DNA of 64,000 nucleotides from Macrostomum hystrix (lineage: Eukaryota > Animalia > Platyhelminthes): positions 2,232,001 to 2,296,000 of the forward strand of contig CATNEN010000031.1 of the NCBI GenBank assembly GCA_950097015.1. The letters run 5' to 3'. Under the pieces are notes generated by a model. It made no database searches, was not told the origin of the DNA, and saw only the letters and a list, made by a program, of their open reading frames with translations. Below, in pieces: positions 1-11,961 of this stretch. A program made the translations under genes and the position numbers. Each line of letters begins with the position of its first letter. Positions within the stretch are counted from its first letter, which is position 1.

Positions 1-2592
1 GCTGGCCTTTCGGCATGGCTCCGCAGCCAGCTGAGCCGGGACATGATGCGGCTGGCTCAGCTGACGGCCCAGCGGCTGAAGCGTCCAGGGATTGAACGAG
101 ACGTTGAACAGAGCAGCTGGTGCAGCCGAGCAGCCGTCGCCTACACCGCTGCTTGCCAGCGACGCCTGGGACGAACTGAACAGCTCGCTCAGCTCGTCAA
201 GCGAACCCAGAGACGATGACGCCGCCGTCTGTCTGGTCGTCAACGGCGTCGGACGAATGTCCAGTAGGTCGCAGTCAGGCTGCGTCACCTCCGGCTGAGT
301 CACCTCCGGCTGCGTCACCTCCGGCTGCGTCAGCTGCGGCTGCATCACATCCGGCTGCGTCACCTCCGGCTGCGTCACATCCGGCTGCGTCACCTCCGGC
401 TGCGTCACATCCGGCTGCGTCACATCCGGCTGCGTCAGCTGCGGCTCTGTCGCTTCCGGCTGATGAAAAGTCGACGAGTCACCACCGCCAACCCCAGCGA
501 AGTTTTCGCTGGACTGCTTCGATTCGCCCGCCGTTGCTTTCTAAGAATGACGCATGCGATTCGAGCTCTTATTATCGCTAGTTGCGCACTCAACTTCTAC
601 TTGTGATCAAAGAAATGAAATGGTAAGATCCATTTAATTGAGATGCATCTCACGCGTAACCAGCGAAAAACTCACTTCGGCTTCCTCGTCGCGGCTCTCC
701 TTGACCAAGCGAAACAACTCGCGCAGGTCCTGCATCAGCGGAGCTGCCTAGAATGACAAACAGGCGGAAACTGTCCTTGGTTACTGAGCAAAGCAATCGA
801 CTTCGTTCTTTCGTTCGACTATAGGATGGATTAGCAATCCATTCTCTTACTTCATCAATGGGATAGATTAGCAATCCATTCTACAACTTGATCCATGGGA
901 TGGATTAGCAATCCATTCTGCAACTTGATCCATGGGATAGATTAGCAATCCATTCTCTTACCTCATCAATAAGATAGATTAGCAATCCATTCTGCAACTT
1001 GATCCATGGGATAGATTAGCAATCCATTCTATTCCTTCATCCATTGGAAAGATTAGCAATCCATTCTGTTCCTTCATCCATGGGATAGATTAGCAATCCA
1101 TTCTATTCCTTCATCCATGGGATAGATTAGCAATCCATTCTGTTCCTTCATCTATGGGATAGATTAGCAATCCATTCTGTTCCTTCATCCATGGGATAGA
1201 TTAGCAATCCATTCTGTTCCTTCATCCATGGGAAAGATTAGCAATCCATTCTGTTCCTTCATCCATTGGATAGATTAGCAATCCATTCTGTTCCTTCATC
1301 CATTGGATAGATTAGCAATCCATTCTGTTCCTTCATCCATGGGAAAGATTAGCAATCCATTATATTCCTTCATCCATTGGAAAGATTAGCAATCCATTCT
1401 ATTACTTCATCCATGGGATAGATTAGCAATCCATTCTGTTCCTTCATCTATGGGATAGATTAGCAATCCATTCTGTTCCTTTATCCATGGGATAGATTAG
1501 CAATCCATTCTGTTCCTTCATCCATTGGAAAGATTAGCAATCCGTTCTGTTCCTTCATCCATGGGATAGATTAGCAATCCATTCTATTCCTTCATCCATG
1601 GGATAGATTAGCAATCCATTCTATTCCTTCATCCATGGGATAGATTAGCAATCCATTCTGCTCCTTCATCCATGGGATAGATTAGCAATCCGTTCTGTTC
1701 CTTCATCCATGGGATAGATTAGCAATCCCTTCTGTTCCTCATATTTTCAACTCAACACAATATCGTAATTGCACCCAAAGTTGACTGAAAACGATTAAAA
1801 CTATTGCACGGCGCAACTGAAGGCTCCCTACGGCTGTTCAGTCCATGGACTGGGGGAAAGCCACACCGAGGTCCCTGAGCTAGATTCCGCGGTGAGACCA
1901 CATTTATTTTGGAGCAGCCGCGGAGAGAAGGCTTTGGGGGCTCGTCGTGCAATTTACGCCCTTGAGGGCCAACCTTCATGGCACAGTGAAAGTGTACTCT
2001 GCCTGACGATGAGAAAGTCAGGGCAGATGTACACACCTGTGTGAGCATGTGCTCAGGAGTCAACGGAATGGGCAGAATGGCCTCCTCGCTGGCTGCGGGT
2101 CTAGTGTCACCAAATGATGTGCCATTGCCCACAGCCCTCCTGCATTTATTATTATTGTTATTATCCCCTCGTTAGATGATTTGATTCAAACCGATTTGAC
2201 GGTCCGGATGGCGTAAAACCGACTGACGGTGCGGCCCGGCGACTCAGGGTCCGGCTCCGTGCGCACCAGGCCGCAGCTGCGCTGATCTCGCGGCTCCTTG
2301 AACACGTAGGAGATCTCGCTGTGCCGGAAGGACAAATCAACCAGCTTTCGGTCGTTTGTCGTTGACGAAGGCGACGTCTCGCGAATCTGAACACCGTCAG
2401 ACAGCGATAGGCGAACCTCCAGACGCTCCTTCGGCTCCTTGCGGCCCTTCAGCCCGGCCAGGACCGTCTGCATGGCCTGCTGGCACAGCAGCTGGCTCTG
2501 ACTGTCCGCCAGCAGCGCTGTGCCCAGGAACTTGGCCGCGTGCGACACCCCGGCGCCATCGAATCGCGACGTCGTTTTCGGCGTCGGAGAAT
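1..2592 (-). CDS. DAB: Disabled (Dab)-family PTB/PID-domain endocytic adaptor, partial (exons 2592-2192, 747-676, 540-<1; 5' exon not resolved, 3' end off-window)
   Basis: The spliced translation RFDGAGVSHAAKFLG...LCQQAMQ...HSEISYVFKEPRDQRSCGLV...RFYAIRTVKS|AAPLMQDLRELFRLVKESRDEEAE follows the Dab1/Dab2 PTB pattern (RFKGEGVRYKAKLIG...EISYIAKD...RFVAIKT...VILDLRDLFQLI). Canonical GT/AG junctions at 2191/749 and 675/542 keep the phase, and the frame stays open to base 1. Confidence 0.85.
823..1740. repeat. 37-bp minisatellite (GGGATAGATTAGCAATCCATTCTGTTCCTTCATCCAT)n in a Dab intron
   Basis: Roughly 24 tandem copies are directly visible. Confidence 0.95.
1801..1853 (-). repeat. Dispersed ~55-bp element capped by the 14-bp palindrome CAGTCCATGGACTG (also at 3494, 19049, 36818, 56788; partial at 62063)
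   Basis: The palindrome plus AACAGC(C/A)GTA..AGCCTTCAG.TGCGCCG.GCAATAG is shared with 56788-56836. Shorter matches occur at the other sites. Confidence 0.7.
1862..2163 (+). mobile_element. tRNA-derived SINE family A, 5'-truncated copy
   Basis: Collinear with the 18506-18877 copy over ~280 bp; ends in an (ATT)n tail. Confidence 0.85.
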
Positions 2593-2669
2593 CTGCGTGA
2601 AGTTTTTGAGACACATGACACAACAGCGGGCGACGACAGCGGGCCGCATTGACTGTAGAAGTATGAGAT

Positions 2670-3390
2670 AGTGGAGAGATGAGAAAGAAAAGATGAGACA
2701 GAGGAGAGATAAGACACGGGAGAGATGAGACACTGGAGAGATGAGACACTGGAGAGATGAGACACTGGAGAGATGAGACACTGGAGAGATGAGACACGGG
2801 AGAGATGAGACACTGGAGAGATGAGACACTGGAGAGATGAGACACGGGAGAGATGAGACACGGGAGAGATGAGACACGGGAGAGATGAGACACTGGAGAG
2901 ATGAGACACTGGAGAGATGAGACACTTGAGAGATGAGACACTGGAGAGATGAGACACGGGAGAGATGAGACACGGGAGAGATGAGACACGGGAGAGATGA
3001 GACACTGGAGAGATGAGACACTGGAGAGATGAGACACTTGAGAGATGAGACACTGGAGAGATGAGACACTGGAGAGATGAGACACGGGAGAGATGAGACA
3101 CTGGAGAGATGAGACACTGGAGAGATGAGACACGGGAGAGATGAGACACTGGAGAGATGAGACACTGGAGAGATGAGACACTGGAGAGATGAGACACTGG
3201 AGAGATGAGACACTGGAGAGATGAGACACTGGAGAGATGAGACACGGGAGAGATGAGACACGGGAGAGATGAGACACAGGAGTGATGAGACACAGGAGAG
3301 ATGAGACCAAGGAGAGATGAGACCGAGGAGAGATGAGACACGGGAGAGATGAGACCGAGGAGAGATGAGACCGAGGAGAGATGAGACAGG
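2670..3390. repeat. 18-bp minisatellite (GGAGAGATGAGACAC(T/G)G)n
   Basis: Tandem array upstream of the Dab PTB exon. A degenerate relative lies at 20780-21010. Confidence 0.95.
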
Positions 3391-4439
3391 ATACTGTTGG
3401 TGTCGGAAGGGACCACTTGGGTTAGAGCATCGGTCCGAGGGGTCGCGATGCGGTAGTTGGGGCTAGAAATTGGGGTTGGTGGAGCGGCCACACCAGTCCA
3501 TGGACTGAACAGCTGTACGCTGTACGCATTCTCTACTCGTATTTCTTGGACTGAGATGGAAACATGCCAGTTAGAAGTACGAATCTCATTGAGCTACCTG
3601 AATAAATCACTTACAAATAATGAGAGCACTCACCAGCTTTCCCGTCAGCGTCTGTCATTATTGAGTAGTTTTGCCGTGAAATTTTGCAGAACCTTATGCT
3701 AGATAAATGACACTGATATTTTATTTATATATACAAAATAATTATTGACCCGATTGCAATAGGGGGGGTCACATGACAGCTTGGGACATGCAAACTTTCA
3801 CCTGTACCCTGTGCTCAATTTTTTTAGCTCCGGGCCACTTAGCAAGCCAGAACACTTAACCGCAGCGGTAGGTGATAAACATTGAGCTTGCTGCTTGATA
3901 AAGCAGATTTTCCGCCGGCAGGTGACAAGCATTTTTTTGTTCACAAAATATTTCGAATATTTTTTGTCACGAGTTCCAAGTAAGTGCCCGACCTTCGTGA
4001 CCTGAAGAGTCGGGAATGACATTTCTGTTGTAGCAGATAAACGCTGTGCTGAGCGACGAAAAGATATGAAATTTCATAACAACCTCAAAAAAATCTCAGG
4101 TAAGCATTTCTTACTTTGTGGCAACGCATGCAAACTCACAAAATCGGATATCAATTTTTGTTTTCTGGCATTTCTTTTTCAATATTTTTTTCGGTGACTT
4201 GAAAAGTCTAACAAAACGGAAAAATGTTTTGTTACACGAATAATTATAAAGTAATAGTTCAGTTTCATTGCCACGAGTTCTACTGAAAAATACAATGCTA
4301 GAACAACATGATTTGGCGGAGCATACAGCATCCGCAGTCAAAGTTTCAACACCTTTTAGCCACATCCGCTTCCCAATGCACCCACGGTTTCTGGTAAAAG
4401 CGTTTCTTCTCCCTGTATGCTTCTGTGATGGCCTTTTAT

Positions 4440-4945
4440 CCTCCATCTTCTTCCCCTCCATCTCCTTCTCCTCCATCTCCTTCCCCTCCATCTCCTTCCC
4501 CTCCATCTCCTTCCCCTCCATCTCCTTCCCCTCCATCTCCTTCTTCTCCATCTCCTTCCCCTCCGTCTCCTTCCCCTCCATCTCCTTCCCCTCCATCTCA
4601 TTCTTCTCCATCTCCTTCCCCTCCATCTCCTTCCCCTCCATCTCCTTCCCCTCCATCTCCTTCCCCTCCGTCTCCTTCCCCTCCGTCTCCTTCCCCTCCA
4701 TCTCCTTCCCCTCCATCTCCTTCCCCACCGTCTCCTTCCCCTCCGTCTCCTTCCCCACCGTCTCCTTCCCTTCCATCTCCTTCCCCTCCATCTCCTTCCC
4801 TTCCATCTCCTTCCCCTCCGTCTCCTTCCCCACCGTCTCCTTCCCCTCCATCTCCTTCCCCTCTATCTCCTTCCCTTCCATCTCCTTCCCCTCCGTCTCC
4901 TTCCCCACCGTCTCCATCTCATTCATCTCCTTCCCCTCCGTCTGC
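4440..4945. repeat. 15-bp pyrimidine-rich tandem repeat (CCCTCCATCTCCTTC)n just downstream of the GPCR-1 stop
   Basis: Direct tandem repetition. Confidence 0.95.
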
Positions 4946-4974
4946 TCCCATCCTTCCCGGACAGTCGCTGGAAG

Positions 4975-7900
4975 TCAGGTGGGTGCCAGGTACGCGTCGG
5001 CGGTGTTGCTGGCAGCGGCTGTCCGGCACCTGGCGAAGATGCCCTTGAACTCAGGCAGCCGGATGAAGTAGAGCAGCCAGTTGGTGCCACACTGCCAGAA
5101 GAATGGCCAGTTGAGCACCTGGGCCAGGCTGAACAGCAGGTCGGTCACAGCGCCGGTGTAATCATCCTGCTGCCAGGTGAGCTGCACCAGGGTGATGCTG
5201 AAGAAGCAGAGAGCCCTGGGCAGCGAGCAGGCCAGGTAATAGCAGCCGGCCAGCACCAGGGTGACGGCGCTGCGGGCCTCCTGGCTAGACGGTGCTAGGC
5301 CGCGGCGGCGCCGAATCCTGAATATCTTGACGGCCAGCAGGCAGTTGCACAGTAGGATGAGCAGGCCAGCCAGTACTCCGTTGACTACAAAGTTGGTGTA
5401 GGCCTGCAGCACACTGCGGAGCAGCGGGCTGGACAGGGTGACGTAATAGCAAGCCGGCTTGCCGCCGTAAGTGAAGGTCTCGAATAGGAATGCCGCGTGC
5501 ATGGAAGCTCCGAGCATGACGGCCAGGGTGGCAACTAGAACTGTGAGGTAGACTCGGCGGGTCATTCGGACTCGGTGATAGAATGGCGTCATCAGTGCCA
5601 GGACTCGGTCCATAGCCAGCAGACAGAGCAGATTAGTCGAGCTCAGTGTGCCGAAGGTCCAGGCCAGGCCGAACAGTTTGCAGAGCAGCTGATCGCTCTT
5701 ATGGAGCCCCGCAAACCCTGGCAGCACCTGGCTGCCCAGACCGTACGTTAAGAACTGCTCGCAAATGACGCTGCAACACGTGGGAGAGGTAGAAGCCGAT
5801 TAATGGCTTAGAAAATTTTGCAAAGGTGTGTGAAGGTGTGTGAATGTGTGTGTAGGTGTGCGGAGGTATGTTAATGAGTGTGAAGGTGTGTTAGTGTGTT
5901 TGAAGGTTTGTGAAGGTGTGTGGAGGTGTCTTCATCATCAGAGACTGCGCTACCTTCATCAGAGACTGCGCAGCTAAGCGTGCTTTTTGACAATGTCCCC
6001 CTTTCCTGACCACTTGTGGCCGGTGGCCATTGTATTGTATTGTGGAGGTGTCTGAAGGTGTGCGGAGGTGTCTGATAGTGTGTGAAGGTGTGTGAATGTG
6101 TGTGAAGGTGTGTGAAGGTGTGTGAATGTGTTTAAGGGTGTGTGAATGTGTGTGAGGGTGTTTGAGGGTGTGCGGAGGTGTGTGAAGGTGTGTGAAGGTC
6201 TGTGAAGGTGTGTGAAGGTGTGTGAAGGTGTGTGAATGTGTGCGGAGGTGTGTGAAGGTGTGTGAAGGTGTGTGAAGGTGTGTGAAGGTGTGTGAAGGTG
6301 TGTGGAGGTCTGTGAAGGTGTTTGAAGGTGTGTGAAGGTGTGTGAAGGTGTGTGAAGGTGTGTGAAGGTGTGTGAAGGTGTGTGGAGGTCTGTGAATGTG
6401 TGTGAAGGTGTGTGAAGGTGTGTGAAGGTGTGTGAAGGTGTGTGAAGGTGTGTGAAGGTGTGTGAATGTGTGTGAATGTGTGTGAAGGTGTGTGAAGGTG
6501 TGTGAAGGTGTGTGAAGGTGTGTGAAGGTGTGTGAATGTGTGTGAATGTGTGTGAAGGTGTGTGAAGGTGTGTGAAGGTGTGTGGAGGTCTGTGAATGTG
6601 TGTGAAGGTGTGTGAAGGTGTGTGAAGGTGTGTGAAGGTGTGTGGAGGTCTGTGAATGTGTGTAAAGGTGTGTGAAGGTGTGTGAAGGTGTGTGAAGGTG
6701 TGTGAAGGTGTGGGAAGGTGTGTGGAGGTCTGTGAATGTGTGTGAAGGTGTGTGAAGGTGTGTGAATGTGTGTGAAGGTGTGTGAAGGTGTGTGAAGGTG
6801 TGTGAAGGTGTGTGGAGGTCTGTGAATGTGTGTGAAGGTGTGTGAAGGTGTGTGAATGTGTGTGAAGGTGTGTGAAGGTGTGTGAAGGTGTGTGGAGGTG
6901 TGTGAAGGTGTGTTGAGGTCTGTGAAGGTGTGTGAAGGTGTGTGAAGGTGTGTGAATGTGTGTGAAGGTGTGTGAAGGTGTGTGAAGGTGTGTGAAGGTG
7001 TGTGAAGGTGTGTGGAGGTCTGTGAATGTGTGTGAAGGTGTGTGAAGGTGTGTGAAGGTGTGTGAAGGTGTGTGGAGGTCTGTGAATGTGTGTAAAGGTG
7101 TGTGAAGGTGTGTGAATGTGTGTGAAGGTGTGTGAAGGTGTGTGAAGGTGTGTGAAGGTGTGTGAAGGTGTGTGAAGGTGTGTGAATGTGTGTGAATGTG
7201 TGTGAAGGTGTGTGAAGGTGTGTGAAGGTGTGTGAAGGTGTGTGAAGGTGTGTGAATGTGTGTGAATGTGTGTGAAGGTGTGTGAAGGTGTGTGAAGGTG
7301 TGTGGAGGTCTGTGAATGTGTGTGAAGGTGTGTGAAGGTGTGTGAAGGTGTGTGAAGGTGTGTGGAGGTCTGTGAATGTGTGTAAAGGTGTGTGAAGGTG
7401 TGTGAAGGTGTGTGAAGGTGTGTGAAGGTGTGGGAAGGTGTGTGGAGGTCTGTGAATGTGTGTGAAGGTGTGTGAAGGTGTGTGAATGTGTGTGAAGGTG
7501 TGTGAAGGTGTGTGAAGGTGTGTGAAGGTGTGTGGAGGTCTGTGAATGTGTGTGAAGGTGTGTGAAGGTGTGTGAATGTGTGTGAAGGTGTGTGAAGGTG
7601 TGTGAAGGTGTGTGGAGGTGTGTGAAGGTGTGTTGAGGTCTGTGAAGGTGTGTGAAGGTGTGTGAAGGTGTGTGAATGTGTGTGAAGGTGTGTGAAGGTG
7701 TGTGAAGGTGTGTGAAGGTGTGTGAAGGTGTGTGGAGGTCTGTGAATGTGTGTGAAGGTGTGTGAAGGTGTGTGAAGGTGTGTGAAGGTGTGTGGAGGTC
7801 TGTGAATGTGTGTAAAGGTGTGTGAAGGTGTGTGAAGGTGTGTGAAGGTGTGTGAAGGTGTGGGAAGGTGTGTGGAGGTCTGTGAATGTGTGTGAAGGTG

Positions 7901-9622
7901 TGTGAAGGTGTGTGAATGTGTGTGAAGGTGTGTGAAGGTGTGTGAAGGTGTGTGAAGGTGTGTGGAGGTCTGTGAATGTGTGTGAAGGTGTGTGAATGTG
8001 TGTGAATGTGTGTGAAGGTGTGTGAAGGTGTGTGAAGGTGTGTGGAGGTGTGTGAAGGTGTGTTGAGGTCTGTGAAGGTGTGTGAAGGTGTGTGAAGGTG
8101 TGTGAATGTGTGTGAAGGTGTGTGAATGTGTGTGAAGGTGTGTGAAGGTGTGTGAAGGTGTGTGAAGGTGTGTGGAGGTCTGTGAATGTGTGTGAAGGTG
8201 TGTGAAGGTGTGTGAATGTGTGTGAAGGTGTGTGAAGGTGTGTGGAGGTCTGTGAAGGTGTGTGAAGGTGTGTGAAGGTGTGTGAAGGTGTGCGGAGGTG
8301 TGTGAAGGTGTGTGAAGGTGTGTGAAGGTGTGTGAAGGTGTGTGAAGGTGTGTGAAGGTGTGTGGAGGTGTGTGAAGGTGTGTGGAGGTCTGTGAAGGTG
8401 TGTGAAGGTGTGTGAAGGTGTGTGAATGTGTGTGAAGGTGTGTGAAGGTGTGTGAAGGTGTGTGAAGGTGTGTGGAGGTCTGTGAATGTGTGTGAAGGTG
8501 TGTAAAGGTGTATGAAGGTCTGTGAAGGTGTGTGAATGTGTGTGAATGTGTGTGAAGGTGTGTGAAGGTGTGTGAATGTGTGCGGAGGTGTGTGAAGGTC
8601 TGTGAAGGTGTGTGAAGGTGTGTGAAGGTGTGTGAATGTGTGCGGAGGTGTGTGAAGGTGTGTGAAGGTGTGTGAAGGTGTGTGGAGGTGTGTGAAGGTG
8701 TGTGGAGGTCTGTGAAGGTGTGTGAAGGTGTGTGAAGGTGTGTGAATGTGTGTGAAGGTGTGTGAAGGTGTGTGAAGGTGTGTGAAGGTGTGTGAAGGTG
8801 TGTGAAGGTGTGTGAAGGTGTGGGAAGGTGTGTGGAGGTCTGTGAATGTGTGTGAAGGTGTGTGAAGGTGTGTGAATGTGTGTGAAGGTGTGTGAAGGTG
8901 TGTGAAGGTGTGTGAAGGTGTGTGGAGGTCTGTGAATGTGTGTGAAGGTGTGTGAAGGTGTGTGAATGTGTGTGAAGGTGTGTGAAGGTGTGTGAAGGTG
9001 TGTGGAGGTGTGTGAAGGTGTGTTGAGGTCTGTGAAGGTGTGTGAAGGTGTGTGAAGGTGTGTGAAGGTGTGTGAAGGTGTGTGAAGGTGTGTGGAGGTC
9101 TGTGAAGGTGTGTGAAGGTGTGTTAAGCTCACCGGATCAGCACCACAAAGGTGTCACAGGCGGTGATGGCGAAGAGTACATAATCTTTGCCCTTAATTTG
9201 GCGCCAGTTGCGCAGCAGCACAATGGACACCAGCGCGCAGCCGCTGAGGCAGAAGGCCACTACAACGGGGCTGAAGTAGAGGCTCATCGCTTGATTCACT
9301 CTGTCTAGCATTCTCGCCGCCTCGTGCATCGCCTTCCAGGGACCGCCTGATGTGTGAATTAGGTCTGGGATCAATTATCACTTCTCTACCTGTCACTCAC
9401 AGCCTCTACCTGTCACTCCTTGCCTCTACCTGTCACTCCTTGCCTCTACCTGTCACTCCCAGCCTCTACATGTCACTCCTTGCCTCTACCTGTCACCTAC
9501 AGCCTCTACCTGTCACTCCCAGCCTCTACCTATCACTCCTTGCCTCTACCTGTCACTCCCAGCCTCTACCTGTCACTCCCAGCCTCTACCTGTCACTCAC
9601 CTGTCTGCGTCTCGTTAGTCAT
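4975..9622 (-). CDS. Rhodopsin-class (class A) 7TM GPCR-1, ~343 aa; exons 9622-9601, 9346-9133, 5770-4975
   Basis: Spliced product [39 protein letters not shown]...[10 protein letters not shown]...ACSLPRAL...GTNWLLYF has seven hydrophobic segments, a DRV motif in place of DRY and an N-terminal NET sequon. Both donors are GTGAG and the phases 1 and 2 match the acceptors. Confidence 0.88.
5822..9125. repeat. 3.3-kb 10-bp satellite (TGTGAAGGTG)n filling GPCR-1 intron 2
   Basis: Direct tandem repetition. Variant units recur 720 bp apart. Confidence 0.97.
9380..9600. repeat. 20-bp minisatellite (CAGCCTCTACCTGTCACTCC)n in GPCR-1 intron 1
   Basis: About 10 copies, starting at the splice donor. Confidence 0.9.
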
Positions 9623-10344
9623 GTTAGCCAGCAGAAAGGATGAAATTCCAGAAGAGCTCGGAAACTGAGGCGAGTGATTGACAGCTCAAGCCTTCTCAGA
9701 TTCGGATGGTTTTTAAGCGCTAGGTGAATGAATGAAAGCAGGCTAAATAATTACCCCTAGCAATGTATTTATTGGCTGCTTAGGAGACTTAAGGCGCCTC
9801 GGAGCAGTCATTTCACAGATCAAAACTGCTGCGGGGGGGCTAGATGCGGGCGCTCCTTATTGGGAGCGCGGACCGCTTTGGGCCTATTATGTGTAAACAA
9901 AGAGCTGAGATTGAGGAACAGGCAGCAATTCTTTAGCCCCGGTCACAGTGACAAGATTGATGCAGGTAGTGGCGCATTTATTAATTCATTTTTGTTTTAA
10001 TTTTCTTTTCTCTGTTTTTAATTGCTCCCGGTAAGGGGATTAGACAGCTACGCAAGGCTTGGACTGAATGAGGGACTAAAACATAGATAAGTAGAGGCAG
10101 GAAATTGGAAAACACATGCCCAGTTGATACCACGACAGTAAACTGTTTCTTTTTTAATAACTTTCACAGATTGTAAACTTCCGCTATTCTTAGCAAGCAC
10201 TTTATAAATCAATTATATTGGAAAATAAAATTACAAACATAATTTTTTCAAGAAATTCGGTGGATGAGAAGGGAGTCAGGTAGATGAGAAGGCAGTCAGG
10301 TAGATGAGAAGAGAGTAAGAAACAGAGAGAGGGAGGCAGGGATA

Positions 10345-10950
10345 CACGGAGGCAGGGAGGCAGAGGCAGGGAGGCAGAGGCAGGGAGGCAGAGGCAGGGA
10401 GGCAGAGGCAGGGAGGCAGAGGCAGGGAGGCAGAGGCAGGGAGGCAGAGGCAGGGAGGCAGAGGCAGGGAGGCAGAGGCAGGGAGGCAGAGGCAGGGAGG
10501 CAGAGGCAGGGAGGCAGAGGCAGGGAGGCAGAGGCAGGGAGGCAGAGGCAGGGAGGCAGAGGCAGGGAGGCAGAGGCAGGGAGGCAGAGGCAGGGAGGCA
10601 GAGGCAGGGAGGCAGAGGCAGGGAGGCAGAGGCAGGGAGGCAGAGGCAGGGAGGCAGAGGCAGGGAGGCAGAGGCAGGGAGGCAGAGGCAGGGAGGCAGA
10701 GGCAGGGAGGCAGAGGCAGGGAGGCAGAGGCAGGGAGGCAGAGGCAGGGAGGCAGAGGCAGGGAGGCAGAGGCAGGGAGGCAGAGGCAGGGAGGCAGAGG
10801 CAGGGAGGCAGAGGCAGGGAGGCAGAGGCAGGGAGGCAGTCAGGTAGATGAGAAGAGAGTAAGAAACAGAGAGAGGGAGGCAGGGAGAGGCAGGGAGGCA
10901 GAGAGGCAGGGAGGCAGAGGCAGGGAGGCAGAGGCAGGGAGGCAGAGGTT
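10345..10950. repeat. 14-bp purine-rich tandem repeat (GCAGGGAGGCAGAG)n
   Basis: Direct tandem repetition. The flanking 50-bp block is duplicated at ~10295 and ~10838. Confidence 0.95.
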
Positions 10951-11167
10951 TTGTTTTTTTAGCTAGTACAAATCAGTATTCACAGTTTCAGCCGTTCCGT
11001 TTTGTTAACGCCGTGATATTAAAAAAATAACAAAAAAACTCGCCGGCAGACACTACTTACAGTAGCATTTCGCAAGAGTTATAAATGGAAAACACTTCGC
11101 CGGCCATATTAGTATTAGACGCCAAGGGTAATAAAACTGTGCTGCTAGTAGCAAGGTAGCCTTCAAA

Positions 11168-11929
11168 TCAGGGTCTGCAGCAGGGCAGCAGGCACAGGGG
11201 GTTGCTAACAAAATTCTTAAGCGCCACCCGGAACTGCCTGTTGGCATAGGCGTAGATCAGGCCGTTGGTTGAAAAGTGCAAAAAGTACAAGGCCTGGGTG
11301 GCCATGCGCGCTATGTTGTACTTGTAGACTGAGGAGGCCTGGACTGGAGCGTCTATTAGCCAGTAGGTGAGCGCCGCGTAATGAGGCAGGTTGAGTGCCA
11401 GGTAGGCCAGGGAGAAGATCAGCAGCATCCGTGTGATCTGGTACTGGTGGCGCAGCAGCTCCTTCTCGTTCAGCTGCTGGGCGACGGTTGATAATGGCCG
11501 CATAGCGGAATGACTGCCATCACTCTGCTGCCGAAGCTGCTAGAAGGAGCATTTTTTTATAATGAGGTATAACAGAGACTGGGGAATGAATATGGTACAG
11601 TAAGTTAGTTTTTGCGACTCACATCGGACTCAACTTCGCGTCCGCTTACTGCCCAACTTGCGCCCGGCGACCTGTGCGACCTTCTCGACGTCGATTCAAA
11701 TTCGTCATCGACTTCCTCACCGTCATCCTCTCCATCGTACATTGCCGAACTGCCTGCGGCCTCGCCGCCGGCGTCGTGCAGATGACAGCGGCACTGGTGT
11801 GACGGCGACGATGAGGCGCGGAGCTGCGGCCGCGGCCGGAAGACGAAGCAGGCCCTGTAGGAGCCAGTGGAAATCGCACGACGATCGCTGGCACCCTCCA
11901 AGTTGCTGTGGGAATCTTGTCGCACCTGT

Positions 11930-11961
<32 letters not shown>

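Noticed and set aside
4111-5071. EMEGK, SISFP and PSPPS repeat ORFs
   Set aside because: These are multi-frame readings of a 15-bp pyrimidine tract downstream of the GPCR-1 stop.
5974-9132. 1052-aa His/Thr-rich ORF ([10 protein letters not shown])n
   Set aside because: It is a stop-free reading of a 10-bp satellite that lies inside the phase-consistent GPCR-1 intron, with no codon-level signal.
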